From contig JAIVFI010000011.1 in the NCBI GenBank assembly GCA_025558095.1, positions 124,001-188,000 of the forward strand: a stretch of 64,000 nt of DNA. The letters run 5' to 3'. Positions within the stretch are counted from its first letter, which is position 1. The number at the start of each line of letters is the position of its first letter. The DNA comes from Hyaloraphidium curvatum SAG 235-1. Its lineage: Eukaryota; Fungi; Monoblepharomycota. The notes below the pieces were generated by a model. The model was given only the letters and a program-made list of their open reading frames with translations. It had not been told where the DNA came from and did no database searches. Below are positions 20,787 through 31,900 of this stretch, piece by piece. The translations under genes were made by a program, and so were the position numbers.

Positions 20787-23344
20787 ATGGCGACGCTCTA
20801 CCAGCGGCCGCCGGTCCCGTGGGCCCCGGGGCCAATGTTTGGCGTGCCTACCGTGGGCATCCCGTTGGTTCCGGGGCCGCCGCTTGCGGGCCCAGGGATG
20901 TGGCGCCCTCCCCATGTCGGCGACGCGTCTGCCCAACCGGAGCGGGCGCCGGTCAGCGACAGCAGGTCGCAATCGCCGGAAAACGGGCCACCGGACGGGA
21001 AGCGGAAGACTGCGTGCGACCGGTGAGACCTTCAACTGCACCGGAGCCGTACGCGGACTCACGGCGGGAACTCTGGGTCGGGCCCCGCAGCTGCCGAATG
21101 CGCAAGCGGCGCTGCGATCTCGCCACGCCGAAATGCAAGTCCTGCAGCCGCACCGGGAGCAATTGCACCTATCAGGGATTGTGGAAGCGGCCGTCGCGGG
21201 CGAAGAAGAGATTGGCGACAAACACAGGACCTGCCACCGACGCCAGCGGGACCAAAGACCATGCCGAGACCGAACGGGCCCCGACGGCCGCTGTTTGGAA
21301 TCGTCGGACGTCCCTCGACTCAGCTCACGGAGCGCTTGAGCCGGAGTTGGAGGCGCTGGTTGCCACTCCCCGCGATTGCTCGCCGCTGGAGAGCAACCTC
21401 GAAGCCTTCCTGCTCGACCCCATTGCGCTCAATATGGAACCAACAATCTCTGTCTCCGAGGCCTTGCCGTGGATGTGGCCAATGGGCTTCCCGCCACAGC
21501 CGTCGCTGGCCACTGCCGAAACGTCGCACAAAGACATCTCCAGTTTCATCCCTGCTTCGATCGCAAGGACCCCGACATCGCTCCCTCCCCTTCCAGCGGA
21601 GGCGGGCATCGTGTTTGCCATCGTCGACAGGTTCTTTGTTTGGTCGGACGACGTCCTCCCGACCATCCACCGCGGACGCTTCTACGAGGCCTGGCCGCCT
21701 TCACCGTTGCTGATGTCGACGATCCTGCTCGTGAGCCCGCTCTTTGATCCACCGTCGCAGGAGCTGGTGGCTTCTACGTGCTCAAAACGCATGTGGAATC
21801 AGAGCCTCTTTGCCCGGGTTAAGGCGACCCTCCCGGTCACTCTCAATCGTGCGGGACTTGCCGGCGACTTCGGCGCAGACATCGCGTCAACCTTCTTGCT
21901 CGGAGTTTGGGCGGCGTTTTCCGGTCTCGGGCAACTGTGTCAGGGTTTCTACGGGCTGACGCAACACCTCGTCCGCCGAGCGGGCTGGCAGACTTCACCC
22001 ATTTCGCCGGCCCCGACCTTCCGTCAAGTCGTTGCGCAACGGCTCGGTGCCGAAGCCCTTGTCGCCACCCTCGGCCCCGGAGACGTGTCTGCCCTGCGCG
22101 ACATCTGGATCGACCTGTGCCAACAGCACAGAATCATGAACATATTTTCCATTGGGGAGCAGACGCGCAGGGACTGGGCGCGCGCTCTGGACAGCCCGCC
22201 GGAGCCGGATGCTTTCGATGCCGCATTCCGGCCTGCGCCGCCGGGGCTTGCCGAGTGGGAAGCCAGCTTCGATGCGGCCTTTGATCCGCGCGCCCTGCCG
22301 GAAACCCCGCTCATTTCCGACTCGATAGCTTGGATCGATCTTCCGGAGGGACATCCCGACCGCGAGCGCGCGCTCGAACGCATGGCGTTCTACGTGGTTG
22401 CCGTTCGGGGCACGTTGCCCTGGCTGGCGGGCAAGTTCCGGGCGATTGTGGACACATTCCTCTGGGCATGCCGATCCGCAGGTCTTCATTCGCCGGCGCA
22501 GCTGCCCCCAGCGGCCCCTGTTCCCCCCACCTGGCTTTCTCGGCCGGCCTTCCAGCGCCTCGTGGCGCTGCGGGACCGCGCCGACAAGGCCCTGCTGGAC
22601 TTTCGGCGCTCGCTCCCGCTCGAGATGAGAGAAGCGTGGCTTTCGGGATCCGCAACGGAAGCAATCTCGGCCCTGCTCGGGCCCGAGGCCCGCGTGCTCC
22701 ACAACAGGCAACGCCACTTCCAGTATGCCTTCAACGTCAGCGCCAACATTCCCGGCATCTTGTTCATGCGCGCCGAGCTCTACACCTCCATCGGAACCTG
22801 CCTCTCCCGTGGTCTCAGCACGGAACTTGCGCCTGGTTCCCTGGAGGTGCTCGCTGACGAGTTTGGAGCCCAGGCCGAACCTTTTGCTTCCCTGCTCGAG
22901 GACGCCATCCTGGCGACCCGGTTCCACGTGGACCGCCTCCGAATCGAGCCACGACTGGCTCGTTCTGCCGGCAACGGCACCCCCACCGTCCTCCGGTGCG
23001 CGATCCTGCACACTGCTTTCTGCAAGCGCTTCCGCGGCGCGGGGACCCCGCCCGAGATCCTTGATCAGGTCGCTGCGGACGCGCGGGAAGCGCTGCGCGT
23101 TTTGGAGGCGTTCGCGCGCAGGCACGGGGGATTCATGAGTTCCGCGCATGCGCTGGCAAAGAAGCTCTGGGAAGACGGGAGGCCGAGCGAGTTTGAGCTC
23201 GAAGCAGCGCGGTTGGGGGTCGATCTGGAACCAGAGGATGACAGCGGGAACAAGGGGATGGCCCGGGCGGCGGTGCGGACGGATCCGGTGCTGGCCAGTC
23301 TCCTCAACGCCTACGGGGGACGCCGTAACGCACCTGTCGTCTGA
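20787..23344 (+). CDS. Zn(II)2Cys6 transcription factor, tandem copy 1
   Basis: Intron 21023-21090 joins KRKTACDR to CRMRKRRCDLATPKCKSCSRTGSNC; a fungal TF middle region follows (IVDRFF...PTIHRGRF). Confidence 0.9.
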
Positions 23345-23627
23345 TGTTCGGCGAATGTGATCCTCTTGGTTCGTCCAGATCAGTCAGTAGTGGCATCAGT
23401 CAGAAGGCAGACCACCCAACAAAAAACGTCCCGTCATCTTCATGGATCATTGACTGCGCCTTTGCCTGTCGATGTTACGAAGATGCCCGTTTGCTTCCTG
23501 GGGTCGTCGCGTTTTGAGGTGCTTGGCAAGGCTCCAGTGGCAAGGACTCCACAGGGACCTTTCCGTCCACACGAAACTGCGGAAAGAGCTGCCTTAATGG
23601 GCAACTGAGCCCTTGCGAACGCTTGCC

Positions 23628-26086
23628 ATGCTGTCTCCATCGTCGTTGTTGGTGCCGCCGTGCGCGATTCGCGCGCCCTTCCCTCCGCCGGCGGGCCGGT
23701 CCCCCAGTCGAGTCAGGGCGCTTCAGGCGCAGAATCCTCCGAAACGGAAGACTCCATGCGACCGGTGAGATCGAGTTCCGCGATCTGCAAGTGCAGTTAT
23801 GCTCAGCGCAACCCCGCCGCACCCAGGTGCCGTACCCGGAAGCGGCGATGCGACTTTGGAGAGCCGAAATGCAGGTCGTGTGCGCGTACCGGGAACGACT
23901 GCACATATCTTGGCCTCGGAAAGAGGCCATCGGAAGCAAAGACGTTGCAGACTCTGAAAACTGGGGCCGGTGACGCCCAGTCAGGGCCCGCTCCCGACGA
24001 GGTCCCCCGTGCGAGCATGCTCGTCGACGCACCTGTTTCACTTGGTCAGACAGCGCTGCAATTGCTCGGAGTGAACACCACGGTCGTGGAGTCCCAAAGA
24101 TTGTTGTCGGTGCGTCAAGGCCAAGGATTGCCCGTGCTCGGTAGCGCCCCGCTCACGACGCTTCCGGCCGTGCCGGCTTTGGCCGGAACCGATGTTGAAA
24201 ACGGGCTCCTGGGACCGTTGTCGGAAGCCTACCTCTCCCTTCCGTCATCCTCGGGCAACTTGGGTAGTTCTCCTTTGTCCAGCGTTGGCGTTCACGGGAT
24301 CGCGCGAGCTCCATCGCTCTACGCCCCTCTTCCGGCCGAGACGGAAGTTGTTTTCGCCATCGTCGACAGATTCTTCTTCTGGTCGGACGACGTGCTCCCA
24401 ACGCTTCATCGGGGACGTTTCAACGAGCGCTGGCCTCCACCGCCTTTGCTGCTTTCGGCCATTATGCTCGTCAGCCCGCTTTTCGACGCTGCGTCACAGG
24501 ACATTGTCGCCTCCGTCTGCTCCAAAGCCAGATGGAATGGGAGCCTCTTTGCGCGGATCAAAGGGGAGCTACCGGCCGCCCTGGAGAGGTGGAGTCAGGG
24601 GACGGTCACAGATCCAGCTTTGGATATCACCGCGACCATTTTGTTGGGTGTTTGGGGAGCGTTTTCGGGTCTCGGGAAGCTCCTTCAGGGGTTCTACCAC
24701 CTGACGCTGCACCTGGTCCGCTTGGCCGGCTGGACCACTTCCCCGACTCTGCCGGCTCCAACGTTCCGACGTCTTGTTGCCGAGCGGTTCGGTAAACGGA
24801 CTCTCGTTGCAGCGATGGAGCCCGCGGACATTGCCATCCTGCGCGACATTTGGATCGATCAGGCGCAACAGCACCGCATCATTTCCATCATGGCAATCGC
24901 GGAGCAGACGCGGAAGGATTGGGCAAGAGGTCTGGACCAGCGACCCGATCCAAACGAGTTCGACGTGGCCTTTCGCCCCGCCCCGTCGGGCTTCGCGGAG
25001 TGGGAAGCCAGTTTCCACCCCCGCTTCGATCCGCGCGTGCTGCCCGAGACCCCGCTCATCTCGGACGCGATCGCCTGGATCGACCTCCCGCGGAACCATC
25101 CCGACCGCGAGCGGGCCCTGGCGAACATGCCGTTGTATTTGACTTCGTTGCGGGGAACGGTGCCTTGGCTGGCGGGCAAGTTCCGCTGGGCCGTCGACTC
25201 GTTCCTGTGGTCTTGCCGGGCTGCGGGCCTGCAGTCGCCCGCACAGCTGCCGCCGGCGGCTTCGGCCCCCCCTCCGTGGCTCGCCGAAGACACCTTCCGT
25301 GGCCTCGTGGCAATGCGTGACCACGTAGACGCCGCTCTCTTGGACTTTCGTCGTTCACTTCCGCCGGAGATTCGGGAGGCGTGGGCCTCATCCTCGGCCG
25401 CGGGCATTGTTTCTGCCTTTCTTGAACCCGACGACGAAGCCGATCCCAATCCGAGACGGCCGCACTTCGAATACGCTTTCAACCTCAGCACCACTCTCCC
25501 CCGGATCTTCCTCCTGCGCGCGGAGCTCTACACTTCGATCGGCACCTGTCTCTCGCGGAGCCTGAACATCACGCTCGTGCCCGGCTCTCTGGAAACCCTG
25601 GCCGACGAGTTTGCCGCTCAGGACGAGCCATTCACGTCGGTGCTCGAGGATGCCATTCTATGCACCCGCTTCCACTCCGAGTGGCTGCGTCTCGAGCGCC
25701 GCTTAGCTGTTTCCATTGGCAACGGCGCTCCCGTGCTGCTCCGCTGTGCCGTGCTCCACATTGCCTTTTACCGGCGCTTCCGCGCGGCCGGCGTTTCCGA
25801 CGGCGCCATGCGGCAGGTCGTCGGAGACGCCCGCGCGGCCATGGATGTTTTGGAGGCCTATGCAGGACGGCACGGCGGGTTCATGGTTTCCGCCCACGGG
25901 CTGGCAAAGAAGCTCTGGCACGACGAGCACCCAAGCGACTTGGACCTCGAGGCAGCACAGCTGGGCGTGGATCTCGAGCCCGAGGACGAGGGTGCCGAGA
26001 ACGGTGGCACGGGCCTTGCGCGGGCGACGGTGAGGGCGGATCCCGCCCTCACAGCTCTGCTGGAGGCGTACCAGAGGGCGGCCTGA
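23628..26086 (+). CDS. Zn(II)2Cys6 transcription factor, tandem copy 2
   Basis: Intron 23765-23826 has the same position and phase as in copy 1; CDRCRTRKRRCDFGEPKCRSCARTGNDC; the C-terminal region is colinear with copy 1. Confidence 0.9.
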
Positions 26087-26202
26087 ATGGAGCAAGTGTG
26101 AGCCATCGTGGCGCGCTGTACATCGACTCGATTCCTGGCAAGAGACGGACACGGCAAGATCTACTTCGCTCGATGCAGTCCCTTTCCCATCCATCCCACC
26201 GC

Positions 26203-27452
26203 TCACCGCACCTTCTTGACAAAGATCGAGAGCGACGAGTCCGCGTCGGACTCGAGGCGCACCATCCCCCTCGCACCCAGCTCCCCCACCACCGCATCCT
26301 GCGCCAAGACTTCGAGATCCTTGTCGATGCAGGGCTTGTTGGCGATCCCGAGCACGTCCAGCGCGGGGTTGTTGGCGATCACGCCGTGGAGGGTCCGCAG
26401 CCCCGTCTCCTCCGGTAGCCCGCCGCGCACGCACGGGCTAATCAGGTGCACAAAGTCGTCCTCCAGCCGCACGAACTCGAGGCTGGTCATCCCGAGCAGC
26501 GCCTTGCGGTCCTCCGGGGCCAGCCGGGAGACCATGAGCTGGAGATGGCGCAGCCGCGGGCACCTCCGGATCAGCGCCCCCGCGCCGGCCCCCAGGACCC
26601 CGAGGAAGCCGAGCTGCTCCCCCACGCCGCACGCGGCCGCAGCCACGGCCAGGGGCTCCAGCGCGGCCGGATGCGGGGACATGGTGTAGAGCATGAGGTC
26701 CTTGAGCGTGGCGGCGTTGAGCCGGAGCACTTCGAGCATCACCGCCAGCGTTCCCGGGTCCGGAACGGGGTCCGAGGGTGGCGTTCCGTCCGCAGGAGGC
26801 TTCGGCTTCGGAACCGTCAGGGCCAGGAGGGAGAGCCGGGGGAGGTGGAGCGGGTCGTCCTCGCCGTCCGCGCTGAGGGAAACCGTGCCCTCCTCGGCCC
26901 CGAGCACCGTGACCCCCAGCATGTAGAGCCACCTGACCCTGTCCTTCAGCGGCCGGAGCAGCTCCCGCACGCCTGCGAGCGACATCGACCCCTCCGCCAT
27001 CCTCACTGCGCCGAGGTGAGCAGGAAGGAACCCCGCAATTCCGGCCGCGGCCCACCTTCCAATCTCCCCGGCACCATGCCCCTGCCCGCAGGGAGCTCGT
27101 TGCCGATGTTAACCATCCGGATCCCGGGGCAGCGAGCGGCGAGCAGGGCCGCGGCGGCCTCCCAGGTCGGCCCGCTCCCTTCGGCGTCGGACTCGGGCCC
27201 CCCGGCGCCGCCGTAGGGCACGACCCAGAGGATCCGCACGGCGCGCCAGAGCTCCTCGCGGTCGACGGCGAGCAGCGCGCTGGCGGCGGCCGGGGAGGCC
27301 ACGCGCAGGCGGCGGAACAGGCGGGGTTGGAAGGCGGCGCGCGCCCTCCGGGACACGAGCGACACGGAGCGCAGGGCTTCGCGGTCGGAGGCCAGGAAGC
27401 CTGCGACGTGGTGCAGCACGTCGCCGAAGCGGGAGAGGTCCATCGGGGGCAT
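26203..27452 (-). CDS. F-box-like / LRR protein
   Basis: N-terminal DVLHHVAGFL...LRSVSLVSRRARAAFQPRLFRRL; repeats CPGIRMVNI, LPRLSLLAL, CPRLRHLQL; one intron at about 27054-27005. Confidence 0.7.
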
Positions 27453-27610
27453 TCTGGCGCCCGCTGTGCGAGGTCGGTTGTGCTCGGTCGGAGTGACGTG
27501 GCCCTCCAGAGGATCCGACCGGGTCCCCCCTGGTCACTGCACCCCAAAGCACCGCCAACACAGGCCACAGTAAAGCAAAGCAAGCGCATTCCCAAGCACG
27601 TTCCTCTACA

Positions 27611-29125
27611 CTAGATTTCCTCCTCCTCCCCGCCCTCCCCGACGACGATCGGCCCGCCGCCCCGCCCCTTCCACACGTCCGCCACGACGCCGGCCACGAA
27701 CCCCTTGCCCAGCCAGAACTGGTCCCCGCACTCGACCCTGCACCCCGTCGTCCCGTGCCCCAGCGCGGTTAGCACGGACTCGTCGAGGGACGAGTGGTCC
27801 TCGGTCGGGTGTCCCCTGACGTCGGCCAGCTTGAGCCCCGGGCACGCGCGCGCGAGCGCGTGCACGGCGTCGCCCGTCAGCTTCGGGTTGCTCGATAGGT
27901 CGGCGCGCTCGAGGTTGGGCAGCGCCGAAAACAGTCGGGCGAGGTCCGAGGGGGTGAGCGCGGGGACGTTGGAGGCGCGCAGCTCGGCGACAGCGTTGTC
28001 GGCGGGGATGCGGGTGAGCAGGGTGGCCACGTCCGCGCGGGTGCACTCCGGGGGGATGTGGAGCTTGGTAGGGTCGCCGGAAAGGGCGTTGAGGACGCCG
28101 GCGACGAGGGGGGAGGGGGTAGGGGAGGGAAGCGGGTGGGTCTCGTAATCGTCCTCGAGCGAGACGACCACGCGGGGGGTGCCGAAGGAGGGATTGCGCG
28201 AGACGAACCGCGAGTGGACGGCGGCGATCATCTCCTGCATCTCGGGATCGCAGTCTGCAAAGAGATCGCGCACATTAGCCAATATGAACGCCCCAAAATT
28301 CTAGTGACACCCACTCTTTGCGGCGTACTCGACGAGGCTGATCCAGCCGCTCTCGGGCACGGGGAACGCCGACCCGCCATAGACGATGCCCAGGCTCCGC
28401 ACCTGCTCGTCCATGTCCCCGATGCTGATCAGGACCACGAACCCGCCGTCGTCGACCTTGCCGCCCTCGACCTCGAGCATCTTGGACTGCTTCAGGCGGT
28501 CAAACACCCTTTTGATGGCCGCGAACGAGCCGGTGGGCTTGGGGTAGGTCCGCGAGAGCACGTGCGGGTCCGAGCCGGCGGGCCCGCAGCGGCGCGCGAT
28601 GCCGGCGAGGTAGTCGCGCACGGCGGCCACGTGCTCCTCGAGCGCGTCCAGCGCGACGTTGGGGTCGAACACGCCCTGGCGGTCGCGGAACTCGGCGCCG
28701 ACGTGCGACGCCTTGAGGGCCATGATCTGCTCGAACGACATGCCTGGGCGGATGCCGAGGTCGACGGGCGTCTGCGGCGGCGGCGAGTCGTCGTCGTCCT
28801 CGTCGTAGTCGTTCTGCGGCTGGAACTGCGGCGGGTAGGCCTGCTGCGGTGCGAACTGCTGCTGCGGGCGGCCGAACGGGCGCGGGAACTGCTGCGGGTA
28901 GAAGGCCGGCCGCGGGGCGTAGCCGTAGGCGGCGGCGGGGTCGGCGTCGGGCGCGTCGTGCGAGAACATGCAGCCGGCGCCGAAGCGGCACGTCCCGAGC
29001 GCGAAGAATTTGCACGGCACTTTGCTCTGCGGCGGCGCGGCGGCCGCCGACGAGTCGTGCGAGAACGGGCACGCCGCGCCGTTGCGGCACGTGCCGAGCG
29101 CGAAGAAGCGGCACGGCGGCGCCAT
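27611..29125 (-). CDS. Tandem CCCH zinc finger + LRR protein
   Basis: Two C-x7-C-x5-C-x3-H fingers. Intron 28314-28255 (GTGGGT...CTAAT...CAG) joins ORF 28301-29245 in frame to ORF 27611-28282 (LPNLERADLSSNPKLTG, CPGLKLADV). Confidence 0.8.
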
Positions 29126-29468
29126 CTCCGTAAACAACTCCCGATCTCCGGGAAGGCTGGCGTCGGCCCTCGCGGCGGCAGGCGTCCGAGCGCGGCCGAA
29201 GAAAAGATCAAGGGGGGAGATCCGCCGGGTGGAGCACGCTTCCACGCCCGGGTCTGCCTAGAAAAGACCCTTTGAAGAGCTTCTGCAGCTTGCCGGCGCG
29301 GGCTAGGGGCACGCGATCTTCCGAGGGCGCGTGGCGGTTTGTTGTGGACCGCGGTGTCTGCGCCGTGGCTGCGCGCCCGCCCCTCCGTCCGCTTCCCCGA
29401 GCTCCACCGTCAAAGGCACTTCAATCAGCAAAGAATGTAGCAGAGTTATTCAAAGACGATCTAATGGT

Positions 29469-31412
29469 TCACGGATGATGATCTACCGCCCCGGGATCCT
29501 GCCGCAACCTCTCCTCCTTGACCTTTTTCCGCTCCTGCACGTGCAGGTGGAGCCGGCGGAGCATCTGCCTGGGATGCAGTATGTCCAATGTGCGAGGCTT
29601 GCTGACGGGGTGGGAATGGAGATCGATGGTATCGACAGAGTCGCCGCTCGTCGAGTCCGAGTCGTCGCCGCCGTTCTCGTCCTCCTTGGATGTCACGGGC
29701 TTGGCACCCTCCGCGGCCTTGCTGGCTCCAGATCCTTCCTTTGCAACAGGCTTCGGGCTCTCTGCCGCCCGCCTCGGATGCATGATTGTGTTCCAAAACG
29801 CGGGGCTGCCGTTCCGCGGCGGCCCCTGCCGATCTCCCTCGCCGGCTCCACGGGCAGGCGAGCCCGTCCTACCGGGCATAGTCGCACTCAGGGGGCTGAC
29901 CGGCGAAAGCGGAGCGTTGCCTGTCTTCGGCTTGGTGGCGAACTTGACGGCCAGGCGGCCCCACTCCCCGCGGGTGTCCGACGCAGCGGCGTCCTCGATT
30001 GCGCGCTCGTGCGGATCGTCCCCATCCAGGAAGGTCTTGAACCACTTGGCGTCCCTCGCAACCGCGGCCGACCACCGTTTCTCGGGGTCGATCTCCAGGC
30101 ATCGGGACACCCACTCCCGGCCTTCGGCAGAGACCCAGGCCCATTCCGGCCCCCGCATCTCCTCCTTCCATCCTCCGTCCATGATCCGCTTCAGCATGAC
30201 GCGGGAAGTCTCCGGCTCCCCCGTGTTGTTCGTGGCCATGGGGAAGTGGCCCGAGAGGAGCACGTAGACGATGACGGCCATGGAGAAGACGTCGACTTTG
30301 AAGGAGTAGCCACGACTGGCCGGGGGAGAGATTTAGCGGATTGCCGTCGCGGAGCGCAAGCAGAACTTACTCCCGCGGCCCGACGAGGATCTCCGGCGCG
30401 ACGTACGGGAACGACCCGCACAGCGTCTGCAGCGGGCTGTACGGCGCCGAGGGCGGGAACCCCAGCGTGGTGGCGATCCCGAAGTCGGCGAGCTTGACGG
30501 TCATCGACGCCGGATGCGGGTACGGGAACGGGATCACGACGGGCTGGGCGGGCGCGGGGTTGCGCGGCAACGAGGTGCCGTCAAAGTCGTCGAGGAGGGA
30601 GGAGGGGGCGGGAGAGGGGAGCTGGTCGTTACCGGACGCGGCGACGAGGATGTTCTGGCAGGAAGGACGGAAGGAAAGAAGGGGAAATCGCAAGTGAGAC
30701 ATGCATCCCGGGAGTGCGTCGAAAGGCCCACCTCGGGCTTGAGGTCGCGATGAACGACCCCGACCTTGTGCAGGTAGGCGAGCGCATCCGCGATCTGGAA
30801 GGCAATGTCCCGCGCATCGCGCTCCGAAAAGTGGTCTGCATGCTTCTCCGCGATGCGGTCAAAGAGCTCGCCGCCTTCGGCCAGCTCCATCTGCAGATAC
30901 ACCCGCGACGGCGTCTCGTAGACCTCCTCCAGGCGCACGATGTTGGCGTGGTCGAGCCGCTTCATGATGCGGATCTCCCTCAGCAGGACGCGGAGCTGCA
31001 CGCGGTCCTTGATGTTGGCCTTGTCGATGACCTTCATCGCGAACGGCCTGAGCGTGAGCGGCACGCCCGAATCGCGGTCCTCGGGCCGCGGGCGTTCATG
31101 TACGAGGTAGACGCTGGCGTACGAGCCCCGTCCGAGGAGCTTTCCGAAGCGGAACTTGGCCGCCAGCGTGACGTCCTCGTCCTGGCCTCTACCGGCGTCG
31201 GAGCCGGAACTGCTCGATGCGGCAGGCGAACCGGGCATGCATTCGCCGTCTGCAGCGCCGCTTTCGGACGCCGGAGACAGGGGCGTAAGGCTGTCTGGGC
31301 TCCGCAGTGGCGTTGCGTTGGAAGGCACATCCGGAGGTGGCGAAGCGCACGACCAGTCGAGCCCCGTGAACGCCCGGACGGCCATCGCGTGGTCGGTATT
31401 GAACACGGGCAT
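29469..31412 (-). CDS. CaMK-group Ser/Thr protein kinase
   Basis: LGRGSYASV, FAMKVIDK, MELAEGGELFDRI, HRDLKPEN, DFG, CGSFPYVAPE; two introns. Confidence 0.9.
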
Positions 31413-31900
31413 TGTTTTTTGACTGCGCTGTTGCCGAGGGGTTTGTCCCGGCGTGTGGGCCAGCGGATTTTGTGCGGAGATTTGGAGGCAACATCCGGCC
31501 GCACGTGGCGGCCATGCGCGTGGCCGATGATGTGTCATCGACAGCCGCCCGGCGGCAGCGCAAACTCCATGCAGACATCGGAGCACGCCGGAAAATACCC
31601 ACATCACTCCGCGATTGATAGCTCCTTTACTCGATCATCTCTTCGGGCCAGCGAATGTACCGATCCATGCTGAAGCACATAGTTTTCCAGTGCATCCCGA
31701 TCGCACCCCAATGAATCCCGGTCCGATGAGCTTTCTGAAGCTCAAATCGAACATTTTGTGCTGGTAAAGTCTCCATCCAGCGCTTTGGGCGTGTAGTGCG
31801 CATTGTTTGGGCACGCGTACCTGGCCCAGCCTCCCAGGGTCCCCAAACGAGAGCGCGAACCCCCGCAGCGATTGCCGGGCGGCCCCGGGCCTCTGGGGCC

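Noticed and set aside
8824-26086. Secondary-metabolite cluster (oxidase, acyltransferase, 2OG oxygenase, Zn2Cys6 factors)
   Set aside because: There is no PKS, NRPS or terpene backbone gene or transporter, and the oxygenase is a pseudogene.
30510-30650. Pro-rich insert between HRDLKPEN and DFG of the CaMK as an unspliced intron
   Set aside because: It is in frame with no donor/acceptor pair; variable inserts at this loop are common in kinases.
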